From contig JBAUTZ010000102.1 in assembly GCA_049582445.1 (NCBI GenBank), positions 1-57,600 of the forward strand: DNA of 57,600 nucleotides. The letters run 5' to 3'. Origin of the DNA: Burkholderiales bacterium. Lineage in GTDB: Bacteria > Pseudomonadota > Gammaproteobacteria > Burkholderiales > SG8-39. Each line of letters begins with the position of its first letter. Position 1 is the first letter of the stretch. Below, piece after piece: positions 32,425 through 42,418 of the stretch. The notes beneath the pieces were generated by a model. That model worked only from the letters and a program-made list of their open reading frames with translations, ran no database searches and was not told where the DNA came from. Position numbers and translations under genes: made by a program.

Positions 32425-34308
32425 ATGAGCGCATCAGCAATCCTGGTCCAATTCCTAAACGGGCTGGCGAGCGCCAGCTCGCTGTTCCTCGTCGCCGCCG
32501 GCCTCTCGCTCATCTTCGGCGTGACGCGCATCGTTAATTTCGCCCACGGCTCGCTCTACATGCTCGGCCTGTATCTGGCGTACAGCCTGGTGCAGCACCT
32601 CGGCCATGGCCCCGCGGGATTCTGGGGCGCGGTATTGCTGGCGGGGATTGCGGTCGCCCTGGCCGGCGCGCTCATCGAGAGCCTGCTGCTACGGCGACTG
32701 TACGCCGCGCCTGAGCTGCTGCAACTGCTCGCGACGTTTGCGCTCGTGCTGGTGATCAAGGATTTCACGCTCTGGACCTGGGGCCCCGAAGACCTGCTCG
32801 GTCCCCGTGCACCCGGCCTCGACGGCGCGATCGCCATCGCCGGGTACCGCTTTCCGCAATACGACCTGCTGCTCATCCTGCTTGGCCCCCTGGTGCTGCT
32901 CGCGCTGCACCTGCTGCTGACCCGCACTCGCTGGGGCACTCTGGTCCGGGCCGCGACGCAAGACCGCGAAATGGCGGACGCCCTCGGCGTCAACCAGAAG
33001 TGGCTGTTCACCGCAGTATTCGCGCTCGGCGCCTTGCTCGCCGGTGCGGGCGGTGCCCTGCAGTTGCCGCGCGAGCCGGCCAATCTGTTCCTCGACCTGT
33101 CCGTCATTTCCGACGCGTTCGTGGTGGTCGTGGTGGGCGGCCTCGGTTCGATCGGCGGCGCATTCCTTGCCGCTTTGCTGATCGCGGAAATCAAGGCGTT
33201 CTGCATCGGTATCGGGGACGTGACACTTGCCGGGGAAGTCTTCTCCTTCTCCAAGCTCACGATCGTGGTCGAGTTCATCGTGATGGCCGTGGTGCTCGTC
33301 CTGCGGCCCTGGGGCCTGTTCGGGCGGACGCCCGCGCAAGTGCGCGGCTCCGGGGTGGCGGAGCGCGTGTGGCGACGGCCTTCGCGCGCGGCGCTTTACG
33401 CGCTCGGAGCGCTCGCCGTCTGTCTCGCACTGGTCCCGCTGCTCTCCTCCGGCTACAGCCTGATCCTGCTCACCGATGTCCTGGTGTTCGCCCTGTTCGC
33501 CGCGAGCCTGCACTTCATCATGGGGCCCGGCGGGCTGCATTCGTTCGGGCACGCCGCCTATTTCGGCCTTGGCGCCTACGGCGCAGCACTGCTGTTGCAG
33601 CGTGCGGCCGTGCCAATGGAGCTCGCCCTGCTGCTCGGCCCTTTCCTCGGCGGCTTGGGTGCGCTGCTGTTCGGCTGGTTCTGCGTCAGGCTGTCCGGCG
33701 TCTACCTCGCCATGCTGACCCTCGCCTTTGCGCAGATCGCATGGTCGGTCGTCTTTCAATGGGACGCCGTTACCGGCGGGTCGAACGGCATGATCGGCAT
33801 CTGGCCGGCCGCATGGCTTTCCTCCAAGATCGCCTATTACTACCTCACGCTCTGCGTGTGCGCGGCCAGCCTCGTCGTGCTCTGGCGTGTGCTCTATTCG
33901 CCGTTTGGCTACGCGTTGCGAGCGGGCCGCGATTCCCCGCTGCGGGCGGACGCGATCGGCATCGACGTGCGCGCCCAGCAATGGGCTGCATTCGTGATCG
34001 CAGGCTTGTTCGCCGGAATCGGCGGCGCCTTGTATGCCTTTTCCAAAGGTTCGATCTCGCCCGACTCGCTTGCGGTTCCACGCTCGGTCGATGGCCTGGT
34101 CATGGTCCTGCTCGGAGGTGTCCAGACGCTTACCGGGCCGGTCTGGGGGGCCGCCCTCTTCACGTGGCTGCAGGATGCCGTATCGCGCAGCTTCGAATAC
34201 TGGCGCGCGGTCATCGGCGCCGTGATCCTGGCTCTGGTTCTCGCGTTTCCCCAAGGCCTCGCCGGATTCCTGCAACGGCGGTTCTCGGGCGACGAGGCGC
34301 GAGGATGA
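32425..34308 (+). CDS. Fused LivH-like plus LivM-like ABC transporter permease
   Basis: One 627-aa frame. The N-terminal half (FLNGLASASSLFLVAAGLSLIFGVTRIVNFAHGSLYMLG) is LivH-like. The second half (FALFAASLHFIMGPGGLHSFGHAAYFGLGAY) is LivM-like. Confidence 0.85.
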   Translation: MSASAILVQFLNGLASASSLFLVAAGLSLIFGVTRIVNFAHGSLYMLGLYLAYSLVQHLGHGPAGFWGAVLLAGIAVALAGALIESLLLRRLYAAPELLQLLATFALVLVIKDFTLWTWGPEDLLGPRAPGLDGAIAIAGYRFPQYDLLLILLGPLVLLALHLLLTRTRWGTLVRAATQDREMADALGVNQKWLFTAVFALGALLAGAGGALQLPREPANLFLDLSVISDAFVVVVVGGLGSIGGAFLAALLIAEIKAFCIGIGDVTLAGEVFSFSKLTIVVEFIVMAVVLVLRPWGLFGRTPAQVRGSGVAERVWRRPSRAALYALGALAVCLALVPLLSSGYSLILLTDVLVFALFAASLHFIMGPGGLHSFGHAAYFGLGAYGAALLLQRAAVPMELALLLGPFLGGLGALLFGWFCVRLSGVYLAMLTLAFAQIAWSVVFQWDAVTGGSNGMIGIWPAAWLSSKIAYYYLTLCVCAASLVVLWRVLYSPFGYALRAGRDSPLRADAIGIDVRAQQWAAFVIAGLFAGIGGALYAFSKGSISPDSLAVPRSVDGLVMVLLGGVQTLTGPVWGAALFTWLQDAVSRSFEYWRAVIGAVILALVLAFPQGLAGFLQRRFSGDEARG

Positions 34309-35063
34309 GCGTACCCATCCTCGAGGTGAATGCCCTGTCCAAGGCCTACGGCGGCGTGCGCGCGCTGTCCGGTGTGAGCTTCACGCTGGCAGCCGGTGAG
34401 CTGCTCGCGATGATCGGCCCGAACGGCGCCGGCAAGACTACCTGCTTCAACATGGTGAACGGTCAGACTCGTCCAGACTCGGGGGCGATCGTGTTCGACG
34501 GCCGCAATCTCGCTGGCCTGAAGCCGCGACAGATCTGGCGCGCCGGGGTCGGGCGCACCTTCCAAGTCACCGCCACCTTCGGCTCCATGACCGTGCGCGA
34601 AAACGTTCAGATGGCCTTGCTCGCGCACCGGCGAGCCCTTCGCTCGCTGTTCACCCTGGCGGGCAAGCAGGATGTGGAAGAGGCCGATGCCTTGCTCGAG
34701 CAAGTCGGCATGCGCGGCCAGGCGGGCCGCGCATGTTCCGTGCTCGCCTATGGCGATCTGAAGCGCGTGGAGCTTGCGGTGGCTCTAGCCAACAAGCCGC
34801 GGCTGCTGCTGATGGACGAACCGACCGCAGGCATGGCGCCCAGGGAGCGCGGCGAGCTGATGCGGCTCGTCGCCGACTTGGCCCACAGAGCGAACGTGGC
34901 CGTGTTGTTTACCGAGCACGACATGGACGTCGTTTTCGCCCATGCCGACCGCATCATCGTACTCAATCGGGGAGAGCTGATCGCCCAGGGGCGGCCGCAG
35001 GACGTGCGCGGCGACGCGCGGGTACGCGAGGTCTACCTCGGGAGCCGCTTCGCTCATGCTTGA
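34305..35063 (+). CDS. ABC transporter ATP-binding protein, LivG-like
   Basis: The ATG at 34305 overlaps the permease stop (ATGA). Walker A GPNGAGKTT, signature YGDLKRVELA, Walker B LLLMDEP. Confidence 0.9.
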   Translation: MSVPILEVNALSKAYGGVRALSGVSFTLAAGELLAMIGPNGAGKTTCFNMVNGQTRPDSGAIVFDGRNLAGLKPRQIWRAGVGRTFQVTATFGSMTVRENVQMALLAHRRALRSLFTLAGKQDVEEADALLEQVGMRGQAGRACSVLAYGDLKRVELAVALANKPRLLLMDEPTAGMAPRERGELMRLVADLAHRANVAVLFTEHDMDVVFAHADRIIVLNRGELIAQGRPQDVRGDARVREVYLGSRFAHA

Positions 35064-35757
35064 CGTGAAGCGGCTAAACGCCGGCTACGGGCTCGCCCAC
35101 ATCCTGTTCGATCTCCAGCTCGACGTCCGCGAGGGAGAAGTCGTGGTGCTGCTCGGCCGCAACGGGGCGGGAAAGTCCACGACGCTCAAGGCGATCATTG
35201 GACTAGTGCCGCTGTGGTCCGGCGAAGTCCTGTTCGCCGGACAGCGTATCCACCGCTTGCAGCCGTTTCAAATCGCCCGGGCCGGGCTGGGCTACGTTCC
35301 GGAAGACCGGCGCATCTTCACCGATCTCACGGTGCTGGAAAATCTCGAAGTCGGGCGCCAGCCGGCACGCAGCAACGCGCCGCATTGGACCGCGGAGAAG
35401 CTATTTCGGCTGTTCCCGAATCTCGGCGAGATGCGTCATCGCCGCGGCGGGCAGATGTCGGGCGGTGAGCAGCAGATGCTAACCATCGCGCGAACGCTGA
35501 TGGGAAATCCACGTGCGATTCTTCTGGACGAGCCCTCCGAGGGGCTGGCACCGCTGATCGTGCAGCAAATGGCCGATACCGTGCTCGAGCTGAAGAAGGA
35601 AGGCTTGAGCGTGCTGCTCTGTGAGCAGAACCTGTTGTTCGCGCAGCGGGTCGCGGACCGCGCCTACATTCTCGAAATGGGACATGTCCGCTACTCGGGC
35701 ACCGTGCGCGAGCTCGAATCCGACCTTGCCGTGCGCGAGCAATACCTGTCGCTGTGA
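35056..35757 (+). CDS. ABC transporter ATP-binding protein, LivF-like
   Basis: Walker A GRNGAGKST, signature MSGGEQQML, Walker B AILLDEPSEGLAP. 8-nt overlap with the preceding ATPase gene. Confidence 0.9.
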   Translation: MLDVKRLNAGYGLAHILFDLQLDVREGEVVVLLGRNGAGKSTTLKAIIGLVPLWSGEVLFAGQRIHRLQPFQIARAGLGYVPEDRRIFTDLTVLENLEVGRQPARSNAPHWTAEKLFRLFPNLGEMRHRRGGQMSGGEQQMLTIARTLMGNPRAILLDEPSEGLAPLIVQQMADTVLELKKEGLSVLLCEQNLLFAQRVADRAYILEMGHVRYSGTVRELESDLAVREQYLSL

Positions 35758-35770
35758 GCGCGGTACGCGC

Positions 35771-36934
35771 CTAGCCGGACACGGCCCCCGCCGCCACGAT
35801 CTGGTTGCGTCCCGCGTTCTTCGCGGCATAGAGCGCGTTGTCGGCCGCGATCAGAAGCGAATCCCAGTCGTGGCCGTCCAGCTGGAAAGTCGCCACGCCG
35901 CCGCTGACGGTGAGGTCGACCCGCTTGCCGCCGATCTCCGCCCCTTTCAGCTCGATCCCACGACGAATCCGCTCCGCCACCCGCAGCGCCGTGTCCTTCC
36001 CCGTGTTGGGCATCAGCAGCGCAAATTCCTCCCCGCCGTAGCGCCCGATGAGATCGTGCCGCCGGATCGTCAGGCGCATGATATCGACGACGTTCTTCAG
36101 CACGCGGTCGCCCATCGGGTGCCCGAAGCGATCGTTGAGCCGCTTGAAATGGTCGAGATCGAATATCGCGAGGCTGAAGACCGTGGCATCGCGCTCGCTG
36201 CGCGAGACTTCGCGTCCGAACTCCTCCAGGAACGTACCGCGGTTGAGCACTCCGGTGAGCGCATCGATCCGCGCGGAGTGGACCAGCGCGCGCTCCAGGC
36301 TCTGGATCTCCATCCACATCACCCCAAGCGTCGCCGCGGTGAGCAGGATCGCGTAGAGCAGGAACGAGACGCCGCGCAGCATTCCAGGCGTTAGCATCTC
36401 CGCCCGCATTTCGAATAGTCCTCCTACTGCCCGCGCGAGCAGCAGCGCGGTCATCGTCCAGAACGTGTACTGCGTGAACGCGTACGAGTGCGCACATTCC
36501 GGCGGCACCTCGCCACGCAAGGCGAGTGCGCAACGCATGAGCAAAAGCGCCACGCACAGCGACATCACCACGACGCGGGCCCCATAACTTGGCGCATATT
36601 CGGTAAACGCGATCAGCAAGGCGAAGCCAACCACGACCAGCCCCCAGGCGAATGGCTCCGCGCGATCGACCCCGCGAATCGACCGTAGCCCCCGCAGCGC
36701 CACGACGAACGCGATCAGAATGAGCGTATTGGCGACCACGATCGACAGGAAATCCGTGATCGCGCCACGCAATGCGAGACCTGCGAGACCGACGGCCGCC
36801 AGGATCATCGCGCGGCCCCACCCGCCGATAGCGCGGGTGCCCGTTTGCACGCCCGCGAACGAGATCGAGATCACGCCAAGCAGCATCACGTTGACCGCTG
36901 CCGTCACGATCAGCGTGCGGGTGTCGAGTTCCAT
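35771..36934 (-). CDS. Membrane-anchored diguanylate cyclase (GGDEF domain)
   Basis: The ATG at 36934 gives MELDTRTLIVTAAVNVMLLGV. A polytopic N-terminal half is followed by DALTGVLNRGTF and RRHDLIGRYGGEEFALLMP, with an intact GGEEF active site and an RxxD I-site five residues upstream. Confidence 0.88.
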   Translation of the reverse strand: MELDTRTLIVTAAVNVMLLGVISISFAGVQTGTRAIGGWGRAMILAAVGLAGLALRGAITDFLSIVVANTLILIAFVVALRGLRSIRGVDRAEPFAWGLVVVGFALLIAFTEYAPSYGARVVVMSLCVALLLMRCALALRGEVPPECAHSYAFTQYTFWTMTALLLARAVGGLFEMRAEMLTPGMLRGVSFLLYAILLTAATLGVMWMEIQSLERALVHSARIDALTGVLNRGTFLEEFGREVSRSERDATVFSLAIFDLDHFKRLNDRFGHPMGDRVLKNVVDIMRLTIRRHDLIGRYGGEEFALLMPNTGKDTALRVAERIRRGIELKGAEIGGKRVDLTVSGGVATFQLDGHDWDSLLIAADNALYAAKNAGRNQIVAAGAVSG

Positions 36935-37022
36935 ATTTCGATGATGGGCCGCCGCCCCAAGGGCGGCAATTCGCGGCGAGGGAATCCGTGTTGCGGCGCA
37001 CAAGCCATTACAATTCCGCATT

Positions 37023-37910
37023 ATGGAACGCTACGCTTGGCTTTCGGTCGGCGCGGCGCTCGCGACCATCGCTCTGAAGACGCTCGCCTGGTGGATCACG
37101 GGTTCCGTTGGTTTGCTTTCCGACGCCATGGAATCAATGGTGAACCTGGTCGCGGCCATGCTTGCCCTGTGGATGCTGCGGCTGGCGGCCGCACCCCCGG
37201 ACGTCGACCATCCGTTCGGGCGCTCCAAGGCCGAATATTTCTCAAGCGGGTTCGAAGGTGCGCTGATTGTCCTGGCGGCTGCGGGCATCATCTACACGGC
37301 GGTGCCCCGCTTGAGCGAACCCAGGCCGATCGAGACCCCCGTGCTCGGTATCATCATCTCCATCATCGCCTCCGCCATCAATTTCTGGACCGCGCGCGTG
37401 CTGCTCGCGGCAAGCGCCCGGTATCACAGCATCACGCTCGAGGCGGATGCCCGGCATCTGCTGACGGACGTCTGGACTTCAGTCGGAGTCCTCGTCGCGG
37501 TGGCGCTGGTTGCCCTTAGCGGATGGCTATTGCTCGACCCGCTGGTCGCCATTGCGGTCGCGGTGAACATCTTGTGGACGGGTGCGAAGCTGATGCGGCG
37601 CTCCGTCGCGGGGCTGCTCGACGCCGCGATCCCGGAAAGCGAGCGCAACGACATCTCCGGGGTTCTGCAGGAATACACCAAGCGCTATGGTGTGGCCTTC
37701 CATGCGGTGCGCACCCGCCGGGCCGGAGTGCGGCGCTTCGTTTCGTTTCACCTGCTGGTTCCGGACGACTGGACCGTTCACCGCGCCCACCATATGGCCG
37801 AGGAGATCGAAGCGCGCATCGCAGCGCTGGTGCCGCATGCGTCGCTGTTCAGTCACATCGAGCCAATCTCCGACCCGCGCTCCTACGACGACATCGAGCT
37901 CGAGCGCTAG
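37023..37910 (+). CDS. Cation diffusion facilitator family transporter
   Basis: Six-TM CDF layout: SVGLLSDAMESMVNLV (TM2 metal-site motif), HLLTDVWTSVGVLVA (TM5 HxxxD), and a cytoplasmic C-terminal domain. Confidence 0.88.
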   Translation: MERYAWLSVGAALATIALKTLAWWITGSVGLLSDAMESMVNLVAAMLALWMLRLAAAPPDVDHPFGRSKAEYFSSGFEGALIVLAAAGIIYTAVPRLSEPRPIETPVLGIIISIIASAINFWTARVLLAASARYHSITLEADARHLLTDVWTSVGVLVAVALVALSGWLLLDPLVAIAVAVNILWTGAKLMRRSVAGLLDAAIPESERNDISGVLQEYTKRYGVAFHAVRTRRAGVRRFVSFHLLVPDDWTVHRAHHMAEEIEARIAALVPHASLFSHIEPISDPRSYDDIELER

Positions 37911-37937
37911 CAGGGGCGGTACGCCCGTGCGCCCCGC

Positions 37938-38528
37938 CTACAGGATCTTGCAGGACTCGTCGAATTCGAGGCGCGGATTACGCGGAAATACCTTGGAGGG
38001 GTCGCCGTGCCCCAGGTTGATGAGGAAGTTCGACTTGTAGCGGCCATCCGGAAAGAACGCAGCGTCGACTTTCGCATTGTCGAATCCGGACATCGGTCCG
38101 CAATCCAGTCCAAGCGCACGCGCAGCGAGGATGAAGTATGCGCCCTGCAAAGAGCTGTTGCGCAATGCGGTCCGCTCAACGTGTACTTTTTTGTCCTCCC
38201 CTTCGTAGTTACCCTTGGCCGCCGGGTTGTTGGGAAACGTGCGCGGCAGGTGCTCGTAGAAGCGCGTGTCATAGGCGACGATCGCCGTCACCGGAGCTTT
38301 CATCGTCTTGTCCAGGTTCCCCGGGCTCAATGCCGGCGCGAGCTTTTCCTTTGCCTGCTTCGAGCGCACGAACACGATCCGCATTGGCTGGCTGTTCTGG
38401 GTGGTCGGCCCCCACTTCATCAGGTCATAGATCTGGCGCAACTGGTCGTCGCTCACCGGCCCGTCGAGAAAGCCGTTTTGAGTGCGCGCCGTGCGAAACA
38501 GGACATCTAGAGCTTTCGAATCGATCAT
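37938..38528 (-). CDS. Nitroreductase-fold protein, RutE-like malonic semialdehyde reductase family
   Basis: [45 protein letters not shown] and [11 protein letters not shown]. Collinear with E. coli RutE, but no other rut genes are nearby. Confidence 0.8.
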   Translation of the reverse strand: MIDSKALDVLFRTARTQNGFLDGPVSDDQLRQIYDLMKWGPTTQNSQPMRIVFVRSKQAKEKLAPALSPGNLDKTMKAPVTAIVAYDTRFYEHLPRTFPNNPAAKGNYEGEDKKVHVERTALRNSSLQGAYFILAARALGLDCGPMSGFDNAKVDAAFFPDGRYKSNFLINLGHGDPSKVFPRNPRLEFDESCKIL

Positions 38529-38571
38529 GACGTTCCCCTCGGCCGATGGCGGCGGATGTTAGCATCGCCGC

Positions 38572-39843
38572 ATGGGGCGTGTTGTTTCGTCTGACGAACT
38601 TGACCTGTCCGGAGTCGTTCGCCCGGGAGACGGCGTGCTGTGGGGACAGGCCTGCGCCGAACCGCAGACACTGGTCGAGTCGCTCGTCGCGCAACGCGGT
38701 GCGTATTCGGGCGCCAGCGTGTTTCTTGGCATCAACTATTCCGGCATCGTGCGCCCCGAGCACGCCGATCACCTGCGCCTGACTGCCTATTGCGGCGCGG
38801 GCCACAACCGCAAGCTCGCCGACTCGGGTGCGCTCGAGATCTACCCCGTGCCGTATTCCAGGCTCGCCGGGTACATCCGTGCGCGCCGCATCCGCGCGGA
38901 CGTGCTGCTGCTGCAGGTTAGTCCCGCCAATGCGCGCGGCGAGCACAGCCTCGGCCTCGCGGCGGATTACCTCGTTCCGGCATTGGAGAGCGCGCGTGCA
39001 GTGATCGCCGAGATCAACGAACAGGTTCCATGGACGCACGGCGATCGCTTACTGCGCGCCGAGGACATCGCCCTTGCGGTGCGGACGTCGCGCACGCCGG
39101 CGCCCGCACCCTACGGCGCGCCGGGGGAACTCGAGCGGCGCATCGCGGCGCATGCGGCAGATTACGTTCCGGACGGCGCCACGCTCGAGTTCGGCCTGGG
39201 CACCCTGCCCGACGCCGTGCTCGGCGCCCTTGCCGACCGGCGCGATTTGGGCGTGCACTCGGGCGCGCTCGGCGACGGCATCGTCGACCTGATGCGCTGC
39301 GGAGTGATCAACAACGTCCGCAAGCCCCTGGATTCCGGGCGCACCGTCGGTGGCCTGCTGCTCGGGTCGCGCAAGCTTTTCGACTTCGCCCGCGAGAATC
39401 CCGAGATCTGGCTGCGCAGCGTCGAGCACACGCACGATCCACGGGTACTTGCCCAGTTACCGAACTTCGTCGCGATCAACTCCGCGGTCGAAGTCGACCT
39501 GACCGGCCAGGTCAACGCTGAAATCGCCGGCGGCTCGTACGTCGGCGCCATCGGCGGCGCGCCGGATTTCGTGCGCGCCGCGAACCAATCGCCGGGCGGA
39601 GTCTCGCTTATCCTCCTTCCCTCGAGCATCGGTAGCAAAGCATCGCGCATCGTCGCCAAACTCTCGGGTCCGGTCGCTACGCCGCGTGCCGAAGCGGGAG
39701 TGTTCGTCACCGAGCATGGAGCAGCCGATCTGCGCGGCCTGACCATCGCCGAGCGCGTGCCACGCATGATCGCCATCGCCCACCCGGCCTTTCGCGACAC
39801 TCTGCGGCAGTCGGCTCGCGAACAGGGCCTGCTGCGCCGCTAA
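38572..39843 (+). CDS. Acetyl-CoA hydrolase/transferase family protein
   Basis: 423 aa. Family-typical regions are LEFGLGTLPDAV, VAINSAVEVDLTGQVNAE and GGAPDFVRAA. Confidence 0.8.
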   Translation: MGRVVSSDELDLSGVVRPGDGVLWGQACAEPQTLVESLVAQRGAYSGASVFLGINYSGIVRPEHADHLRLTAYCGAGHNRKLADSGALEIYPVPYSRLAGYIRARRIRADVLLLQVSPANARGEHSLGLAADYLVPALESARAVIAEINEQVPWTHGDRLLRAEDIALAVRTSRTPAPAPYGAPGELERRIAAHAADYVPDGATLEFGLGTLPDAVLGALADRRDLGVHSGALGDGIVDLMRCGVINNVRKPLDSGRTVGGLLLGSRKLFDFARENPEIWLRSVEHTHDPRVLAQLPNFVAINSAVEVDLTGQVNAEIAGGSYVGAIGGAPDFVRAANQSPGGVSLILLPSSIGSKASRIVAKLSGPVATPRAEAGVFVTEHGAADLRGLTIAERVPRMIAIAHPAFRDTLRQSAREQGLLRR

Positions 39844-41078
39844 CGGAACTCGCGCAGCGCCCGAACGGTCCAGAACGGCGCCGCGGCGAGGGCGACGAAG
39901 CACCATGCGAAGACGAACCCCGTGCGGTAGCCTCCTGTCAGGTCGTGGAGCACTCCGCCCATCAGGGATCCGAACGCCGCGCCGAGCGCGTTCATCGCGT
40001 AGATCGTGCCGTAGATGGTCGCAACACGCGGACCTGCGAAGTATCGCGTGCAGACCGACGATATGATCGGGCCGCGCACGCCCTGGCACAGGCCGAACAC
40101 GGCGACGTAGGCGATCAGCATGGACATCGACGGGTACCCGGCAAGGATCATCAGCAGCCCGATGCCGGTTGCCGTTCCGGCAAAGCTCGCAGTCACGGTC
40201 TGCCGGTAGCCGAAGCGCTCCGAGAGCAATCCGCTCCCCGTCACGCTTACTGCCGAAAGCATACCGACGAAGCCGAATGCGCTCGCGGCGACCAGCGGCG
40301 AAAATCCCGCGTCGATCAGGAACGCGACGGTCTGCACGATGACGACGAACATGGCGGTCGCCGTGCAGAAGAATGCCTGGCCCATCGCCCAGTAGATGCG
40401 CGTGCGGGCCGCTGCGCGCAGCGTCCAACCCTCGGGCGACGCCTTCTCGCGGGCTTCCGTGCGGTAGGCGGGATGCCCGGCCACGATCTTGCGCCATGGC
40501 ACCACCATGAGGGACACGGGAAGCGCGATCACCAGCAGGACGCCGAGCGCCCGGTAGGCGACATGCCAACCATAGTGCTCGACCAGCCATTGAGCAAGCG
40601 GCACCAGAGTGATGGCGCCCGCTCCGACGGCCGAAAAGACCACGCCAATCGCCGTCGACAGTCGCTTGCGGAACCAGCGCGACAGCAGCCCGGAGGCCGG
40701 CACCATCCCGGTAAGCGCCGCGCCCACGCCGACCGCGATCCCCATCAAGAGATAGAACTGCCAGAGGCTGCCAAGGCCACCGGCCAGAAAGAACGCCGCG
40801 CCGAGGAGCGCCAAGCCGGCACCGTAGACGGACCGCGGCCCGAGCCGATCGAAGACGTGTCCGACCAGGGGAGAGGTGAACCCGCTCACCAGCAGGTACA
40901 GCGAATACACTCCGGTAAGCTGCGATCGGCTCCAGCCAAATTCGTGCTGCAACGGTAGCAGGAACACGGTGTATGTGTCGCTGATGCCGCGCCCGAGCAT
41001 GTTGAACGCGAAACACGCTGCGAGCGCTGCAATCGCGGTACGGCGATGACGCGCTGAATCGTCCAACGTGCGCTGCAA
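39840..41078 (-). CDS. MFS transporter
   Basis: The TTG at 41078 is preceded by GGAG (spacing 5) directly after the pncB stop. 12-TM-like profile with MFS loop motif GHVFDRLGPR. Its stop overlaps the convergent CoA-transferase stop. Confidence 0.8.
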   Translation of the reverse strand: MQRTLDDSARHRRTAIAALAACFAFNMLGRGISDTYTVFLLPLQHEFGWSRSQLTGVYSLYLLVSGFTSPLVGHVFDRLGPRSVYGAGLALLGAAFFLAGGLGSLWQFYLLMGIAVGVGAALTGMVPASGLLSRWFRKRLSTAIGVVFSAVGAGAITLVPLAQWLVEHYGWHVAYRALGVLLVIALPVSLMVVPWRKIVAGHPAYRTEAREKASPEGWTLRAAARTRIYWAMGQAFFCTATAMFVVIVQTVAFLIDAGFSPLVAASAFGFVGMLSAVSVTGSGLLSERFGYRQTVTASFAGTATGIGLLMILAGYPSMSMLIAYVAVFGLCQGVRGPIISSVCTRYFAGPRVATIYGTIYAMNALGAAFGSLMGGVLHDLTGGYRTGFVFAWCFVALAAAPFWTVRALREFR

Positions 41079-41086
41079 TTCGCTCC

Positions 41087-42268
41087 TCAGGCGGGTGGCG
41101 CGAGCCCGAAGACCTGGCGCAGGTACGCCAGATATTTCTCGTCCTTGCACATCGTCTTTCCGGGCGAATCCGAGACCTTCGCCACGGGCTGTCCGTTGCA
41201 CTCGGTCATCTTGATCACGATATTGAGGGGCTCGTATCCAACGTCGTTGGTCAGGTTGGTGCCGATACCGAAGCCCGTCATGGCGCGGCCGTGGAAGCGG
41301 CGTGCGATCTCGATCGCCAGCGGGAACGAGAGCTGGTCGGAAAAAATCAGGGTCTTGGAACGCGGATCGACCTTGTTTTTCTGGTAGTGCGCGATCAGAC
41401 GCTCGGCCCATTCGAACGGATCACCCGAATCATGGCGCGCTCCGTCGAAAAGTTTGCAGAAGTACATGTCGAAATCGCGCAGGAAGGCGTCGAGACCGTA
41501 GGTATCCGACAGCGCGATGCCAAGGTCGCCGCGGTATTCCTTCGCCCAGGTATCGAAGGCAAATACCTGGGAGTCGCGCAGCCGCGGGCCAAGCGCCTGG
41601 CAGGCCTGCATGTATTCGTGGCCGAAGGTACCCAGCGGGGTGAAGTTGTTACGCATCGAAAACCAGACGTTCGAGGTGCCGGCGAAGCTCTCCGGGACCT
41701 CGCGCCTGAGCGTCTTGAGCGCCTCCTCGTGCCACGCGGACGAAAACCGGCGCCGGGTGCCAAAATCGGAGATCTTGAACCCGAGCGCCGGGTCCACCGT
41801 CCGCACCAGATCTATTTTCGCCTTGAGGCGCCGCCTTCCCTCGTCCAGATCGAACTGCGGCTGCGACCTCCTGAAATACACCTCGGAGACGATCGCTAGC
41901 ACGGGGATCTCCAGGAGGATCGTGTGCAGCCAGGGACCGCGTATCGTGATGTCGATCTCGCCGGGCGAGCCCTCGATCGGCTCGATGCTTATGAAGCGGC
42001 GATTGAATTGGAACAGGCCAAGGAAATCGACGAAGTCCGACTTGATGAAACGCATTGCGCGCAGATAGTCGAGCTCCTCGTCGCGAAAGCGGAGGCTGCA
42101 CAGCTTGCTTACTTCGTCTCGGATCTCGTGCAGATAGGGGGCGAGCTTGACGCCCTCGGTCCGGCATTTGAACTTGTACTCCACCTGGGCACCGGGAAAA
42201 TGGTGCAGCACCACCTGCATCATGGTGAACTTGTACAGGTCGGTATCGAGCAGCGACTTGATGATCAC
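41087..42268 (-). CDS. pncB: Nicotinate phosphoribosyltransferase
   Basis: The GTG at 42268 gives [33 protein letters not shown] and the overall length (~393 aa) fit PncB. Confidence 0.92.
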   Translation of the reverse strand: MIIKSLLDTDLYKFTMMQVVLHHFPGAQVEYKFKCRTEGVKLAPYLHEIRDEVSKLCSLRFRDEELDYLRAMRFIKSDFVDFLGLFQFNRRFISIEPIEGSPGEIDITIRGPWLHTILLEIPVLAIVSEVYFRRSQPQFDLDEGRRRLKAKIDLVRTVDPALGFKISDFGTRRRFSSAWHEEALKTLRREVPESFAGTSNVWFSMRNNFTPLGTFGHEYMQACQALGPRLRDSQVFAFDTWAKEYRGDLGIALSDTYGLDAFLRDFDMYFCKLFDGARHDSGDPFEWAERLIAHYQKNKVDPRSKTLIFSDQLSFPLAIEIARRFHGRAMTGFGIGTNLTNDVGYEPLNIVIKMTECNGQPVAKVSDSPGKTMCKDEKYLAYLRQVFGLAPPA

Positions 42269-42355
42269 GACGGACCCCGGAGCGCGGCATTGTAACCGAC
42301 GCCTCACGACCGGCACGTGCGAGGCAGCCACGCCTAGCCATCCTCATGTGTTCGC

Positions 42356-42406
42356 TTGCTTTGGTGAGGATACTGGATATAATTTCACTGGTGTAAATAG
42401 AGACAG
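42356..42406 (+). promoter_or_regulatory. Putative lexA promoter (-35 TTGCTT, 16-nt spacer, -10 TATAAT) with two imperfect SOS-box-like sites
   Basis: TTGCTT 42356-42361; TATAAT 42378-42383. Site 1 is CTGGATATAATTTCAC at 42373-42388 (2 mismatches to CTGT-N8-ACAG, overlapping the -10). Site 2 is GTGTAAATAGAGACAG at 42391-42406 (1 mismatch), 12 nt before the ATG. Confidence 0.45.
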
Positions 42407-42418
42407 TGCGCCTACGGC

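Noticed and set aside
32689-34275. 528-aa minus-strand ORF, plus the 240-aa ORF at 32556-33278.
   Set aside because: These are antisense to the fused LivHM permease. They are highly charged Arg/Glu/Gln/His-rich, unlike any membrane or soluble family I recognise.
39457-41016. 519-aa minus-strand ORF overlapping the MFS transporter in another frame.
   Set aside because: It spans the convergent junction of the CoA-transferase and MFS genes and is Arg/Gly/Asp-rich. The alternative frame gives a clean 12-TM MFS profile.
42388-42406. CACTG-N13-CAGTG symmetric element upstream of lexA as a single long SOS box.
   Set aside because: The spacing (CTG-N13-CAG) is 3 nt longer than the CTG-N10-CAG LexA site exemplified by the perfect imuA operator. 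Reading it as GTGT-N8-ACAG, with one mismatch, fits better.
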